A stretch of 62,318 nt of DNA, filler included, from Squatina squatina (Eukaryota), in NCBI GenBank assembly GCA_031763465.1. It is 4 parts of 4 records of this genome, joined end to end, with 100 filler letters (N's around TTAATTAATTAA, not from the genome) between each part and the next. Parts side by side here need not be neighbours in the genome. Positions count along the whole stretch, not along the records: positions 1 to 19,494 come from JARFOE010000058.1; 3 more parts are not named here. One strand, 5' to 3'. The stretch's first letter is position 1; the number at the start of each line of letters is the position of its first letter. Position numbers and translations under genes: made by a program. Shown here one piece after another: positions 1-13,040 of the stretch. The notes beneath the pieces were generated by a model. The model saw only the letters and a list, made by a program, of their open reading frames with translations, ran no database searches and was not told the DNA's origin.

Positions 1-43
1 AAGCTCCAGGAATGCATCCAATCAGAGTTGGCAACTCTAGGAG

Positions 44-615
44 CTGGGGGATGCACTAGAGGCCAGAGCAACAGTGAGTTTGGGGGTTTGTCGGGCTGGA
101 CGAGGTTACAGAGGTAGAGAGGAGCGAAGCCATGCAGGGATTTGAACATAAGGATGAAAATTTTAAATTTGTGCCATTGGGAGAATGGGAGCCACTGTAG
201 GTCAGTGAAGACAGATGTGATAGGTGAGCAAGACTTGGTGCAGGATAGGATACAGGCAGAAAAGCTTTGGTTGTGCTGCAGTTTATGGATGGTGAAGGAT
301 GGGAGTCCAGCCAGGAAAGCATTGGAATAGTCAAATAGATGATAAAGGGTTTGAGTGGCAGATGGGCTGAGGCAGGAGTGGAGGTAGAAATGGGTGCTCC
401 TTGAGCGGACATGATGTCATAAGCTCAGCTTGGAGTCAAGGTACAAATAGTTTGGTTCAACATTAGACAGTAGCTGGAGAGGGACTAATGGCAAAGGTAT
501 GTTATTGGGATTGGTGGCAAATGCATGGAATTTGTGGTAGTGGCCCAAAACGATGGCTTTGGTCTTCCCAATGTTTAGCTGGAGGAAATTGTGGCTCATC
601 CAATATTTTTCCAGA
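44..615 (-). mobile_element. L2-clade LINE, degenerate ORF2 C-terminal fragment
   Basis: Minus-strand WMSHNFLQLNIGKTKAIV and DYSNAFLAGLP-type segments; homologous to the copies at 12480 and 26697. Confidence 0.8.
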
Positions 616-1412
616 TTCCTATGGGAATGATCACTGTCTTTACTATAAGGATCCTGTACTATTGTGTTTGCAGTAAGATGCATAATAGACTGTGNNNNNN
701 NNNNGTGAGTGATCATACCCAGGAGCGAATTGAAATGTTCTGGTTGAAGGGCAAATTGAAATGTTCTGGCATAATTAGCATATATTTTTCCCCAAGCCAC
801 AGCAATCTATTTTCAATAATAGCAGGTGAGCACTTAACACATTGCTACAATATTCCTTTGTCCACTATTTCTGTGGAGGCTTTAACTCATTTAAAATTAA
901 TGGATTAACTGAATATGTTCACTCTCCATTATTATCTCCAACAATATTAATGTTTAGACTAATGTCTTCAGATAGACCTTTGGGAGGAGAACGTTTTAAT
1001 TTTTCCATCTTGAAAATAAAGATTTTTATTTAATTTGTAGATAGTATGTAAGTTTTTTCCTGTATTTTCACAATGTTTGGTAGCACTATCAAGGAGAGTG
1101 ACGTAAACATGAATATTACTGGATGGTTTTGTTACTATGGTTAACAAAATGGTAAACTGTGAAGGCTGGGGGTCTGAAATAAAAACACGATATGCTAGAA
1201 ATGCAAAACTGTTTTGATAGGCTCGTGTTTTGAATGGCGACCTTTGTCCGAAATCNNNNNNNNNNNNNNNNNNNNNNNNNNNNNNNNNNNNNNNNNNNNN
1301 NNNNNNNNNNNNNNNNNNNNNNNNNNNNNNNNNNNNNNNNNNNNNNNNNNNNNNNATGCTCACTTGGATGAAGTGTTCCCTGTACCCACAGAGCCACACC
1401 CCAACAATAGTC

Positions 1413-1606
1413 AGGGTTCATTTTCCATTTGTGCATTTCCTGTATGGAATTGTGTGTACCAGGAGCAGGGGCACAGTCTTTGATTTTCAACTCATTAAGA
1501 TTAAGGCACAAAAAGTCAAAGGCTGTGCCCCTGCTCCTGGTACACACATGGGTTTCCAGTGCACGAGGTTCTGTGTCAAGAGTTGAGAAATGGAAAATTT
1601 ACCCCT
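1413..1606. mobile_element. Foldback/MITE-like element
   Basis: Outer IR agggttcattttccattt / aaatggaaaatttacccct; inner 37-bp IR at 1451-1487 and 1512-1548. Confidence 0.7.
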
Positions 1607-2291
1607 AGGTAATAAATTTGATAATTTGGAGATATGAAAAAAAAACATGTTTTCATTTAATCCAAAGGAACTCATCACTTACAAAAAATGCATTCAAGAG
1701 AGGGACAATTTGATAACTTTAGTTTGTTTTATAGTACTGGTTTCATGCCAAAAGTTTTCTTTCACTCCATTTCTAGCAATGTCAGCAAGTCACCTTAACG
1801 GCTCGATATTTTAAAAAAAATTAAAATTACAATCATGCTGCAAACATGTTTTTCCTTGTAATTTTGATTCCCGAGTGATAGTCATTGTATGCATGGGCCA
1901 AATTATTGTTATTATTTGATGTAACACAACTGACTTCTCATATCACGACATATACGCTTATAAATACTTGAGCTGTCCAGATGATAAATAATGAGAGCAA
2001 AATAATTGGTTTATCAACATTATCATAATGACAGCTTTGTAAAAAGTCTTGCCATCAGTGCCTCATTTAAAAATGAAACAGTTCAGATTAATTATGATTT
2101 TTTTTTTGCATTGTATTTTTGAGCAATTATCCACTTTTGGAATAGTGTGCCTATACACTAAGTGAACTTGTATTGGTAGACTTGGTGCTCAATATGTCAA
2201 CAGCCACTACACAGTAGCAATCAAAAAATCAAACTGAATACTGCAGTCTATAGCCAAAACAATAGAATGGAAGTCTAACGAATGCTTAGAC

Positions 2292-2409
2292 TGTACAGTG
2301 CTCTGCTTGGACCACACCTTGAGCACTGTGTCCTGTTCTGATCATCACAAAACAAGGCAGACACTTAAGTGCACGAAGCAGTTCAAAGAAGAGTTACAGC
2401 ACTGATCCT
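2292..2409 (+). mobile_element. CR1 LINE ORF2 remnant
   Basis: LYSALLGPHLEHCVLF*...EAVQRRVTALIP resembles the CR1 motif LYxxLVRPHLEYCVQFW...VQRRATxxIP. Confidence 0.65.
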
Positions 2410-3509
2410 TAGGGCAGAATTTTACCCTCCTCAGCATCTGGCAGAAACCGATTCCCACCCAAAAGGAAAGAAGGAAACAAGATAAAGAGAGAGAGAGAAA
2501 AAAAAACAGCAGTACAGTGATGATAGATGCTCCAGGTAAGCTATATGCTCCAATTTATTGTGTGCAACACCACATGAGATCCATGAGTAACTCCATATAA
2601 ACTGTTCAATTTTAAATGTGTCTCTGACTGTAAAACTCCTCATTTAGCACTTTCAACAACACACAGAATAATACATTGAACTAACTGTTTCAATAAGCTG
2701 AACAATTCTGGAAATATTGCTTTTGAGGTTTCAGTGCACAATTTCCAGGCCCAATGAGCAAGCTATAATTTTATGCTACATACGTTTAATAGATGAAGAT
2801 GGTTTGCATGCTTCATTTAAGTTTTTTTTTGTTGTAAAATCCGATTAAACATTTTTGGTACTGTAGCTCTTTGAAAACTTGTAGTCATGCCTATTCAATG
2901 TCAATGAAATTCATAATGCACTTTAATAATNNNNNNNNNNNNNNNNNNNNNNNNNNNNNNNNNNNNNNNNNNNNNNNNNNNNNNNNNNNNNNNNNNNNNN
3001 NNNNNNNNNNNNNNNNNNNNNNNNNNNNNNTTTTGAAGTCGGGGCACTCTTTATCGACCTCATGTGTTATTCATTATAACATGCTTTTTTTCCTTTTATC
3101 CGTTTAACTGACTGCATATTTCATTACTTCCAGATTCAATAAAGCCTATTCAATTAAATCTTTTTTATATATATATTTTTAAGATCTTATTTATTTCACT
3201 GATTTTTCTACCTCCTCTCTTCTCTAGAAGATGTGACTCCTTGTATGGGGTACCAATTGACAGGCACTAAACAGCTCCAAATCCTCATCCAAGAGGTCAT
3301 AATTTGTGCATGAATCTTAACACTGAGGGTCAGCAAGGCTATTTGACTGCGTGGTGCACCACATTTGACACTGCACCCGATTTTCTTTTGAAAGAAAATC
3401 GGCTGTGTTGTAACACGAGTTGCCAATACACTATTAGCCTGTTTCACGCTCTTGGCAATTTCACCCCGCTCTGTCCTGATCTTACATCCAAATAAAATCC
3501 ACTTCTAAT

Positions 3510-3700
3510 AGAGGTTGCTGGACAGAGACTGGGAGAGGGAGCTCTGGCCAGTTTTCTCCTCCCTAAATCATGGTCACTGAAGGCAGTTTAAGAGCCCATG
3601 CACTTGGCTGTGATCAGTTAATTCAGCACAGATCTAATCTGGAACTTTCCAGTCTGTTTGGCTGAAGCTATCATTTGATAAACTCACTGACCCATCAGGG
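3510..3700 (-). mobile_element. Second, older tRNA-derived SINE-like family
   Basis: Shares a degenerate ttttcctccct...cactgaggc...gatcagctaactcagcacag motif with copies at about 7095-7290, 24985-25155 and 33555-33670 (all minus); probable 3' parts at about 42590-42805 (+), 41160-41370 and 50900-51100 (-). Confidence 0.55.
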
Positions 3701-4227
3701 GCTCAATAAAATCTACTCAATAGGAAAAAGTAAATTATAATATAAAAGTAAGTAAAAGTAGATGGATAAAAATCAAGCTTGCGTTAACTTAACTTGTCTT
3801 TTTATGTATGCAATAAATACATGACATGTTAATTCACGACTAAAATTGAGACATTGTGTTGTTATAGAATGGAAACTGCCAGTTTCAGCCCAATAGTTTC
3901 ATTTTCTTGAACCAACTTTAAAATATCTCCATTATTTATCAGAGGACAGCTAAGTCAACTTGTCTGTGTCCTATGACTAATGTCAGACAGGCTGCCGTCT
4001 GCAATACAATTTTTTCAACAAAATAAACTTTATTGATTTCTCAATGTCATAATCAACGTGAACACATTATCAGAACAGGCACTGGCCTTTAGAACATCAA
4101 TAAAGAACAAAAGAACATTACTTACTGNNNNNNNNNNNNNNNNNNNNNNNNNNNNNNNNNNNNNNNNNNNNNNNNNNNNNNNNNNNNNNNNNNNNNNNNN
4201 NNNNNNNNNNNNNNNNNNNNNNNNNNN

Positions 4228-4472
4228 CATGAGGAAAATCTTTTTTACGCAGCGAGTGGTTAGGATCAGGAATTCACTGCCTGAAAGGGTGGTGGAGGCA
4301 GATTCAATTGTGGCTTTCTAAAGGGAGTTCGATAAGTACCTGAAAGAAAAAAAATTGCAGTGATATGGGGAATGGGTGGGGGAGTGGGATTCGCTGAGGT
4401 GCTCTTGCAAAGATCCGGCCGGCACAGGCTCGACGGGCCGACTGGCCTTCTGCCATGCTTTAACTGTTCTAT
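4228..4472 (+). mobile_element. CR1 (HER1-like) LINE 3' end
   Basis: RKIFFTQRVVRIRNSLPERVVEADSIVAF plus the tail gacgggccgactggccttct...ttctatg. Confidence 0.85.
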
Positions 4473-5614
4473 GAATGTTATAAAACTCTCAACTGTAGCA
4501 AAATACAATATGCTTTTAAAAAAATTTTGTTGATGTCAAATATCAACATTTAGAACTAAAATAATTATCACTTTAAAAACAAGTCTAACTTAAAATTCAA
4601 GGGGAGAAAATTCGGCCCCTTAGTGCCTCCCATTAGCACCAGCAGATGGAGCTAACAGGGCACTAGAGTGGTAATGCTGAGGCAAGGTGAATCCAGCACT
4701 GGTGGTAAGAGGTATCGGCAGGAATGTCGATGCCAGGCAAAGTCAGTGTGGGTGCCTGATCTGCTAAATTGATTCTCGTCACTTTCATTAGCACCTGGAG
4801 TAAACATCGACAGGGAGAGCTGGCGTGAAGCACCAGGAAGCCGGCTCCAGGGACAAAATAAATCAAGAATGGCTCCAAATTTCTGAACTGCATAAGCTAC
4901 TTTTCTTTCAACATCTGAGCTTGATTCAATAAAAAAATACAAAACAATGACATCTGGCTTTAGGCCGTGACCATGAAATTCTGAACATCAGTATTTTTAG
5001 ATGGACTGAATTATTTGGAGATTTGTTGGAAGGGTGTAGTTTCTAGGAAGATCAAATCTGACCATGAGTAGTTATGCAAGATTATACAGTGTGGCGTTCA
5101 ATGTCTCTATTATCCAGCTGAGGTGGCATTGGCACTAGGCATTCAGGTGCAAAGGCAGCATAACTAAATATATTGAGAGTGCTAACAGCAATTGTAGCTG
5201 AGTAAAATTGAGAGGCTGCAAATTCAGCAAATTTTAGGCCAATCTAATAATTCTTCTCTGAAAAGAAAGGAACAATTTATTAAAGGAGCATCACGTTCAT
5301 TAAATAGTGATGGGCAAACAGATGCAAATGCTTTTGAAACATGCTGTTACAAGGCTTGTGTGTGAAAGCACTGTGAAGAACATGTTTTGTTTTTATACTG
5401 GCTCTTTGACCTCTCCCTAAAAAGGCTTGCTAAGTGCTTTTCATGAAAATAATTAGGGAGTAAGAAACAGTCCACTGCTGATTTATTTACATTAGTTTTA
5501 TTTGACAGATGGGCNNNNNNNNNNNNNNNNNNNNNNNNNNNNNNNNNNNNNNNNNNNNNNNNNNNNNNNNNNNNNNNNNNNNNNNNNNNNNNNNNNNNNN
5601 NNNNNNNNNNNNNN

Positions 5615-5933
5615 GTACTGAGGGAGCACTGCACTGCCATCATTCAGATGAGATGTTAAAGTGAGGCCTTGTTTGCCCTCTCAGATGGGTGTAAAAGATT
5701 CTGTTGCACTATTTGAAGAAGAGCAGGTGAGTTCTTCCAGCATTCTCGCAAGCATTTACCTCTCAAGCAACACCACTAAAACAAGTCTTTTTATCATTTC
5801 TCTCATTGCTGTTTGTGAGACCTTGCTATCTGTTTCCTTAAACTACAGTGACTACACCTCAAAAGTATTTAATTGGCTGTGAAGTGCTTTGGGATGTCGT
5901 GAAATTTGCTGTATAATGCAAGTTCTTTCTTTC
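5615..5933 (+). mobile_element. Deu-domain SINE (SacSINE1/AmnSINE-like) with L2-type tail
   Basis: gtactgagggagcactgcactg...gatgagatgttaaa...gcactatttgaagaagagcagg...ttggctgtgaagtgctttggga...gcaagttctttc. Confidence 0.8.
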
Positions 5934-8900
5934 CTCTCTCCCTGCTTTATAAAACCTACTTAAGACTTTCTGTTTCAACTGCTCAGCTCCTTAAATCCAT
6001 TCTATCTACACTTTTCCTACCTACTTGTTTTCAGTTTCATTCAACCAATCTGTATACTGCTCTGGGATGTCCTTCCGATGCTAAAGGATTTATATGAATG
6101 TGACTTGTCATTACTGTTGAAACTCCGAGCAATACTAGCCACTTAGGCTTAAGGCCTAACACTAATAGCAATGTTTAGGTTTATATTGAGTAACATTACA
6201 CACATATGCAACAGAACTGAATCATATGCTTTTTCTTACACTTTTGTCCCATTTAAATCAGCATTTATATATTGCTTTTAATTTTGAAGTGCTGGAAGAA
6301 AGGGATTTATAGAAAGAAAGGAAAGGGTTTACAGATCTGGACCAATTTTTACAGAATCTTCAGGAAAAAGATATACTCCCCTCCTTTCACAACTGGGAAT
6401 CGTCTGACAAATTAAGTTTAACTGAATGTCCATTAATTTTTAATTAAGAGGAGATGATGCAAGACTGAAGAATGGCTTTATAGATATCTGCCAAATGTAA
6501 TGCGTTATATCCCTGGAGGATATCCTTGTTCCTGTTTGATGAACTTTGGTCTGATATGAAAAATGAAAAATTAAAAGTTGATTTTGTTTTGTTCAGATTA
6601 TTATACCTTCAACTGGAATTAAAATTTTTCATTATTGGAGATCAGCATTGCATTTAAAAAAAAACTTGTTCAAAAATACAGTCTATTTCCAGGTATGTAA
6701 ATTTAAATAAATCTTAAAACCTTGTGAGTTTTGTTTTTACTTAATGGATCTTATTCAGTAACTAAAACTATTAACGTATTTCTTCTATTAACTCTAATCT
6801 TGCTCATTTGCATAAGAGCCCGCAGGGAGAACACTCTACATCAGAAGAAAATGTCAGTCTCAATTAATTTTAATTAAAAAGTGGCAGATATTAAATAATT
6901 CAAGACTGGCTTCAACGAGCTTCAGCAAACTTTACAGACCCATCTCACTCTCCCCCTTCCTCANNNNNNNNNNNNNNNNNNNNNNNNNNNNNNNNNNNNN
7001 NNNNNNNNNNNNNNNNNNNNNNNNNNNNNNNNNNNNNNNNNNNNNNNNNNNNNNNNNNNNNNNAGCATTAAAGGCAACAGCAATGACATTGTTACCCAGT
7101 GAACCTTCTAGCAGGTGTGAATGGATATCACTCAGGAACATGAACCTTGACTGATTTTCCTCTTCCCTACTCCAGGCTCACTGAGGCAAATCATAGTGCC
7201 ATTACTGCTGTCCTGGCTGCGATCAGGTAACTCAGCATAGGCTGGGATTCAAACATAGGACCTCTGGTCTGAAATGCAGATACTGAGCAGTGCTTGCCAC
7301 ATTTTTGTACTATCATTTAGCTGTTCACAATAGAAAGGGGCTCAGCACCACACCCAATTGACATTTCAGGGCTAATGGAGACCAATCTTCATGGGTTCGC
7401 TCTTCTTCTCAGACTGCTCAGCATATCTGTCAGCTGAGTTTAAATTATTAATACAACCAAATTGGTTAATTTAATCTACAGCCGCAACTCATCAACTCTG
7501 CACACGTATTGTCAGGTTTCAGTTCTCTGCTTGCACTTTGATAACACTGAATTACTGATGAGGTAACCTGCCTAAATTTAGATAAAATAAACACAACAAA
7601 GCAGTAAAATGGGACCAAAAGATTTCACCAGTGTTTTGTAATTACACTGCCAACAAACTCAATTCCTTCTGTGAATGTGGTTGCCTTTTCCTGCAGGGTA
7701 AGCAAATTTGACCAGTTTTCTCTCTGTTTCTGAATCCAACTTATTAATATAAATTAGAAATAGTGGGGGCGGTCAGTTCGGTTGTCCTGAGTTACTGGCG
7801 CTAAGGGTCGAATTGGTGAGCACAAAGTTCCAGTCTCGGAACTCTCCCTTTAAGGCCTGCAATTTGACACTTAGAAAAAAAAAATTCTGACGGCTTCAAA
7901 AAGCGTGCTAACTTCAGCGCTCAAGGGCCCACACTTAGCACTGATTATCTTAGTTAATTTCAGCAGTCGAATTGCTCAATAAGCCTAACTGCTCCCAATC
8001 AGCTCTCAGGCCACCTCACTACTTAAAGGTACCCACACACACCCACTGCTTAGGGCAGTCTTGGTGGAGGTGGAGAGCAAACTATTTATGAGTGGNNNNN
8101 NNNNNNNNNNNNNNNNNNNNNNNNNNNNNNNNNNNNNNNNNNNNNNNNNNNNNNNNNNNNNNNNNNNNNNNNNNNNNNNNNNNNNNNNNNNNNNNATCGG
8201 TCTGCTTTTGAAAATTTTGTTTGTGTGAACAATTTGTCTGGATTAACTTTATAAAACATCTTCATAACTTTGAAAGTTTCATTTAAGTCGACTTGAAGTC
8301 TCCTCTTTGCCTGTAAAATATGTCCAACTTCCTCAACCCTTGTTTAGATTCCAGAGATGGGTTTACAATTTCACTATACACAGGACACAGAAGAAATCTC
8401 TTTCGCTGATACCATCACCTTTGCCCTACCTTCAACTTTCTCATTGGGCTATAATATCCTACCTATATTATGGTGACCAGCACTGCAAGCAGATGGAATC
8501 TAACTGTGCCTTTTACATTAAGAACATCAACTCTTTTATTGGTTTTCTATCAAAAAAACTATCGAAAGAGAGTAAGCAACACCACAGAACAAGGAATGAG
8601 CTCAGGCAGGGTGGCAGGGCAGAGTGATTTATAATGAATACCACAGGACATACATTAAAAGGCTTTGGTTTTTCAGCTGTGGGGACAATATCTTTGGGTT
8701 CACATATTGTGGCCTGATGTATTGTGTGGGAACCTGATGGTGGCTATTAGTTTTGAAACACAGCCAGAAATGAGGGCTGGAGAAACGAGTCCTGTCTGTC
8801 AAAGTTAATCATCTATTGTCCTGTGGTTAGCCATCAGCATTATGTAAATGCTATAGATTCAGAGAATTGTCACATTGAATTATGCAAATAGGCTTAAAAC

Positions 8901-9134
8901 ACACATTTTGTGCAAATGAAGCGTGGATATATTAATGAGTAAGGTGATGAAACAATAAGCTTTATCCGTATTATTTTTTGGTTGATTATCCCTAACTGAA
9001 TAAAACCCCAAAATATCCCTGTGTACAGCTCCGCTCAAACCTGATGACAAGTGTAATGAAGTAGAGCAGTAACCATGGCTGAAATTCTCTGACAGGAACC
9101 TGATAACTTGCAGTTTTCTGTTTTTCCTTCTCAC

Positions 9135-9155
9135 CTGCGATGATGTGATGATCAT
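9135..9155 (-). CDS. Candidate 21-nt frame-preserving microexon, host gene unknown
   Basis: ctttttctttgcctgtaatcatttaccAG | ATGATCATCACATCATCGCAG | GTGAGA. Confidence 0.4.
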
Positions 9156-12100
9156 CTGGTAAATGATTACAGGCAAAGAAAAAGCTGCTGAAGTGGCAGC
9201 GAGAGTCATCCAAAATCCCAGGTGTGGTTCAATGCAATTACATTTAAATGCGATTGCAGTTGAATCGACCCATGAGATTAGCACGTAGCAGGTATTAAAA
9301 ATGAAACCTCCTGGATTCCACAGCAGATGTGGCTCATTACAATAGAGGAAACATCTCCAGCTTTGTTACTAGAGGAGGTAGGCATAATAAGGTTGACACA
9401 GAGAGTAAGGCACACCATATAATAAGCTGAGTACTGTTCACAAAAATGGTAACAAAATTAAGTCATCAGNNNNNNNNNNNNNNNNNNNNNNNNNNNNNNN
9501 NNNNNNNNNNNNNNNNNNNNNNNNNNNNNNNNNNNNNNNNNNNNNNNNNNNNNNNNNNNNNNNNNNNNNAGAGTGGGAGGGAATCCAGATTATTCGCAAG
9601 AGCGCTGCTCCAGGGCCAACAAAAATAATTTATGACTTACATTTACAGGGCCTCTTCTCTTCCACCACTTCTGTAACTGATCGAGGTGGGGGGGGGGTCG
9701 AAAGTTAGATTTAAAGAAAACCGAGCCACTGGGTAACACGTGTGCAGAAGTGACCTGCAAGGGCGTGCTGCAAATTCAATTATCATTTCTCACTGTTGTG
9801 TAACTGGCCAGCTCCTGTGAAGTGACAAATTAAATTAAAACACAAATGATTCAAATGCAGTTCACTACTGGATAAACAACAGTAGGAAACCTCAGCTGTC
9901 AACACAACTAGACAAGAGACATGACCAACGAACAGTAGCCATTAATAATGTAATAATAATTGGATTTAGATTTCTGTAGTGACACGGAAAGAAATTTATG
10001 GTGAAAACTGTGCAAGAAAGAGCATAAGAGTGCAAGCTTTTAATCACAGATAAAACAATTTACATTTTTAACTGAGATAAGAGACAAAGATAAAGTTAAA
10101 ATAATTGACTTTTACTGCCAGAGGTTGTTTGGCAGTAACTAAGACTTACCACATTGTGAAAAGGGTACTTAGAGTGAAAAGAACAAACCTCAACATTCTG
10201 TGGTGAATTTAGTCCGTACATACAACACAAGTACGAGAACTTCATGCCATTCAATATATTGAATGGGAAGCAAGACTTTGTGTAATTAAGCTGGAGTGAT
10301 GTATCTCAGACAGCAGCTTTGGATTTTCCTGTTTAATTGCACATCTGCACTCACCTGTAATTGCTGTCTGATTTGTGCAGAGCAGCATTAGCCTCACCAT
10401 TATTTTTACATTAAATTCTGGCCAGTTAAAAACCATATTTGTGGATATCATTGCTGAATTTTTTATTGGATTTCAGTTATAAATAATACAAGCTTTACTT
10501 TTTAAAAGGCTTGCACCAGTCCAGAAGTGTTGCTGATTTTAAATGTAATTAAATTGATATGATTGTACAAATGTGGCATGGCCTCTTTAACTGGTATAAA
10601 CATTTACATGCACTTCATTATATTACTGATTTTCTAATATGGAAGAACGCCTTTACATTTGCATGCGGTAGAAATGATCTTTTACATAAATAGCAATAAT
10701 TGGTTGAACATTAATTAATTACAACTAAATGAAGCAGTTTATGAATAAAGTTATAGCACGTCTGCTAAGGGTATACTTCAATGATGAGCAGCTTAGAAAG
10801 ATCTATTTATTGGTGTGATCTACTTACTTTTGCTTCCATGTTCCAAAGTCTTCAGCGTTGATATTTTATTTTAATCCCTAAGTGATGGTGAGTGTTTTAA
10901 AGTAATGAAGTATTTTATTAAAGTTAATGGAGTAAATTTAATGGAATAATTTAANNNNNNNNNNNNNNNNNNNNNNNNNNNNNNNNNNNNNNNNNNNNNN
11001 NNNNNNNNNNNNNNNNNNNNNNNNNNNNNNNNNNNNNNNNNNNNNNNNNNNNNNAAGTAAATGTCTTCTGTCAAGACAGAATTAATAAAGCACAATTGAC
11101 ATCAATTGTAACAGAAGAAAAGCTTTGATATTTTCATGGGAAATTAGAAAACTCAAGTCACAACACAAAATCAAAAAAGAGAGCCCAACAGCAATGACTA
11201 AAGAGCACACTTATCTTCATAATCTGCATTTACTGGAGGAAACCCAATAAGGATAGAGATCTGCAGTTTTGTTGTGATTACTTCTCAAGTAAGAAGTGTT
11301 CCATCAACAATTGTGTCGGCCAATTAGAACATCTCACCACTTTTTATTGGAAGTCCTTAAATAAAACATTGCAATATCATAATCTGTGTCTAATGATAAT
11401 CGTAACGAGCAAATGAAATCAAGTATTAATCGTCAGTCGGAACCCTCTTGTATCACTATTGTTCCAAGTTGGAGGCGATGGGAAACGTTGGTCAACTTGA
11501 GCATCTGAATGGGAAAACAAAATCTCTCCCGTAATGTTATTTCTTTCCCCTTGAGTACAATCCCAATTGCCCTGTTCCTTTTTACTATATGGCTACGGTA
11601 GCTCCTGTCTGCTGGGAGAATGAGCTAATTCCACTCATGTTCTGTATAGCTAAGTGTCCACAAAGAGGTAAACAGATGGCCAGGAAATATACTGGCAAAA
11701 CATATCTATCTTCTGGGCATGGGAGCCAATGCATCTCAGGGTCCTCTATTTCAGCTAGAGAAATCACCAGCAATTTTTTTTTGTCAGCCTTCAGTCACCC
11801 TTACTTTGCACTCATTATATGGCAACTTGGGAATATTTTGCTGTCATTTTGCTGCATTTAAATTTACTAACTAATTTGAATTTCTTGTGATGTTAACATT
11901 ATTGCACCTGCCATGAATATCTTACCGCTAAATTAATTTTGTGTGAAAATGTTGTCAGCCTCTATTTGCATTAACTACTATTTATGTTTGCATCTCCTAA
12001 TTCACGGTAGTCTGTAGTGGGGCATTCAGTATTTAGACACATCACAATACATGAACATTGCATACACACAAGGTTCATTTTCTGAGTTTATGCTCCNNNN

Positions 12101-12478
12101 NNNNNNNNNNNNNNNNNNNNNNNNNNNNNNNNNNNNNNNNNNNNNNNNNNNNNNNNNNNNNNNNNNNNNNNNNNNNNNNNNNNNNNNNNNNNNNNNTGAA
12201 GAACTACAGCAACAATAACTTGCAATTATTTACACATTTAACGCAGTAAAACATCCCAAGGTGCTTCACAAACTGCACGCACAAAAGACACAAGCATTTA
12301 ATCCAGATGTCAGGAGATGCTACTGTTATGTCCTGGATTATACAGTACTATCATGCAAGAAAATATATGGCAGTGTGAGTCAACTCCCATAAAAGCATGA
12401 TTCTCAGGCCATTTATAGGAGCGAATGGTACCACTAAACCCGAGAAGGCAGACACAAAATTACAATAAAAGCATACTA

Positions 12479-13040
12479 CCAACAACTTCTTGTATTTATA
12501 CATCATCTTTAATGTATAAAATCATCACAAAGCACTTTAAAGAGGCGTAATCACAAAAACAACGCCGGGCCAAAAAAGATATTAGGAAGGGTGGCCAAAA
12601 GATTGGTCAAAGATTTTAAGAAGGTTCTAAAAGGAGGAGTGAGAGATGGAGAGGTGGAGGGGTTTAGGGAGGGAACTTCAGAGCATGAGGCCTAGGCCCC
12701 CAATGATGGGGCAAAGAGAGGGGGGGGCTGCACACGAGGTCACAGTCACATGAACAAAGAGCAAGGCTATGAAGGGTTTTCAAAACAAGAGAAAGGATCT
12801 TAAATTTGAGAAGTTGGAGAACTGGAAGCCAAAGCAGTTCACTGAGGACAGGGTGATGGGCGAGCGAGACTTGGTGTGGGACAGGATACAGGCAGCAGAG
12901 TCTTGTTTATAGAGTTTATAGAGAATGGAGTATGTGAGGCAGGTCAGGAAAGTATTGGAATAGTCGAGTCTGGAGGCAACAAAAGCATGCATGATGTTTT
13001 CAGCAGCAGATTGGCTGAAGTAAAGACTGTGGCGGGTGAT
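12479..13040 (-). mobile_element. L2-clade LINE 3' end
   Basis: HAFVASRLDYSNTFL...ILSHTKSRSPIT plus L2-type 3' UTR and tail. Confidence 0.85.
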
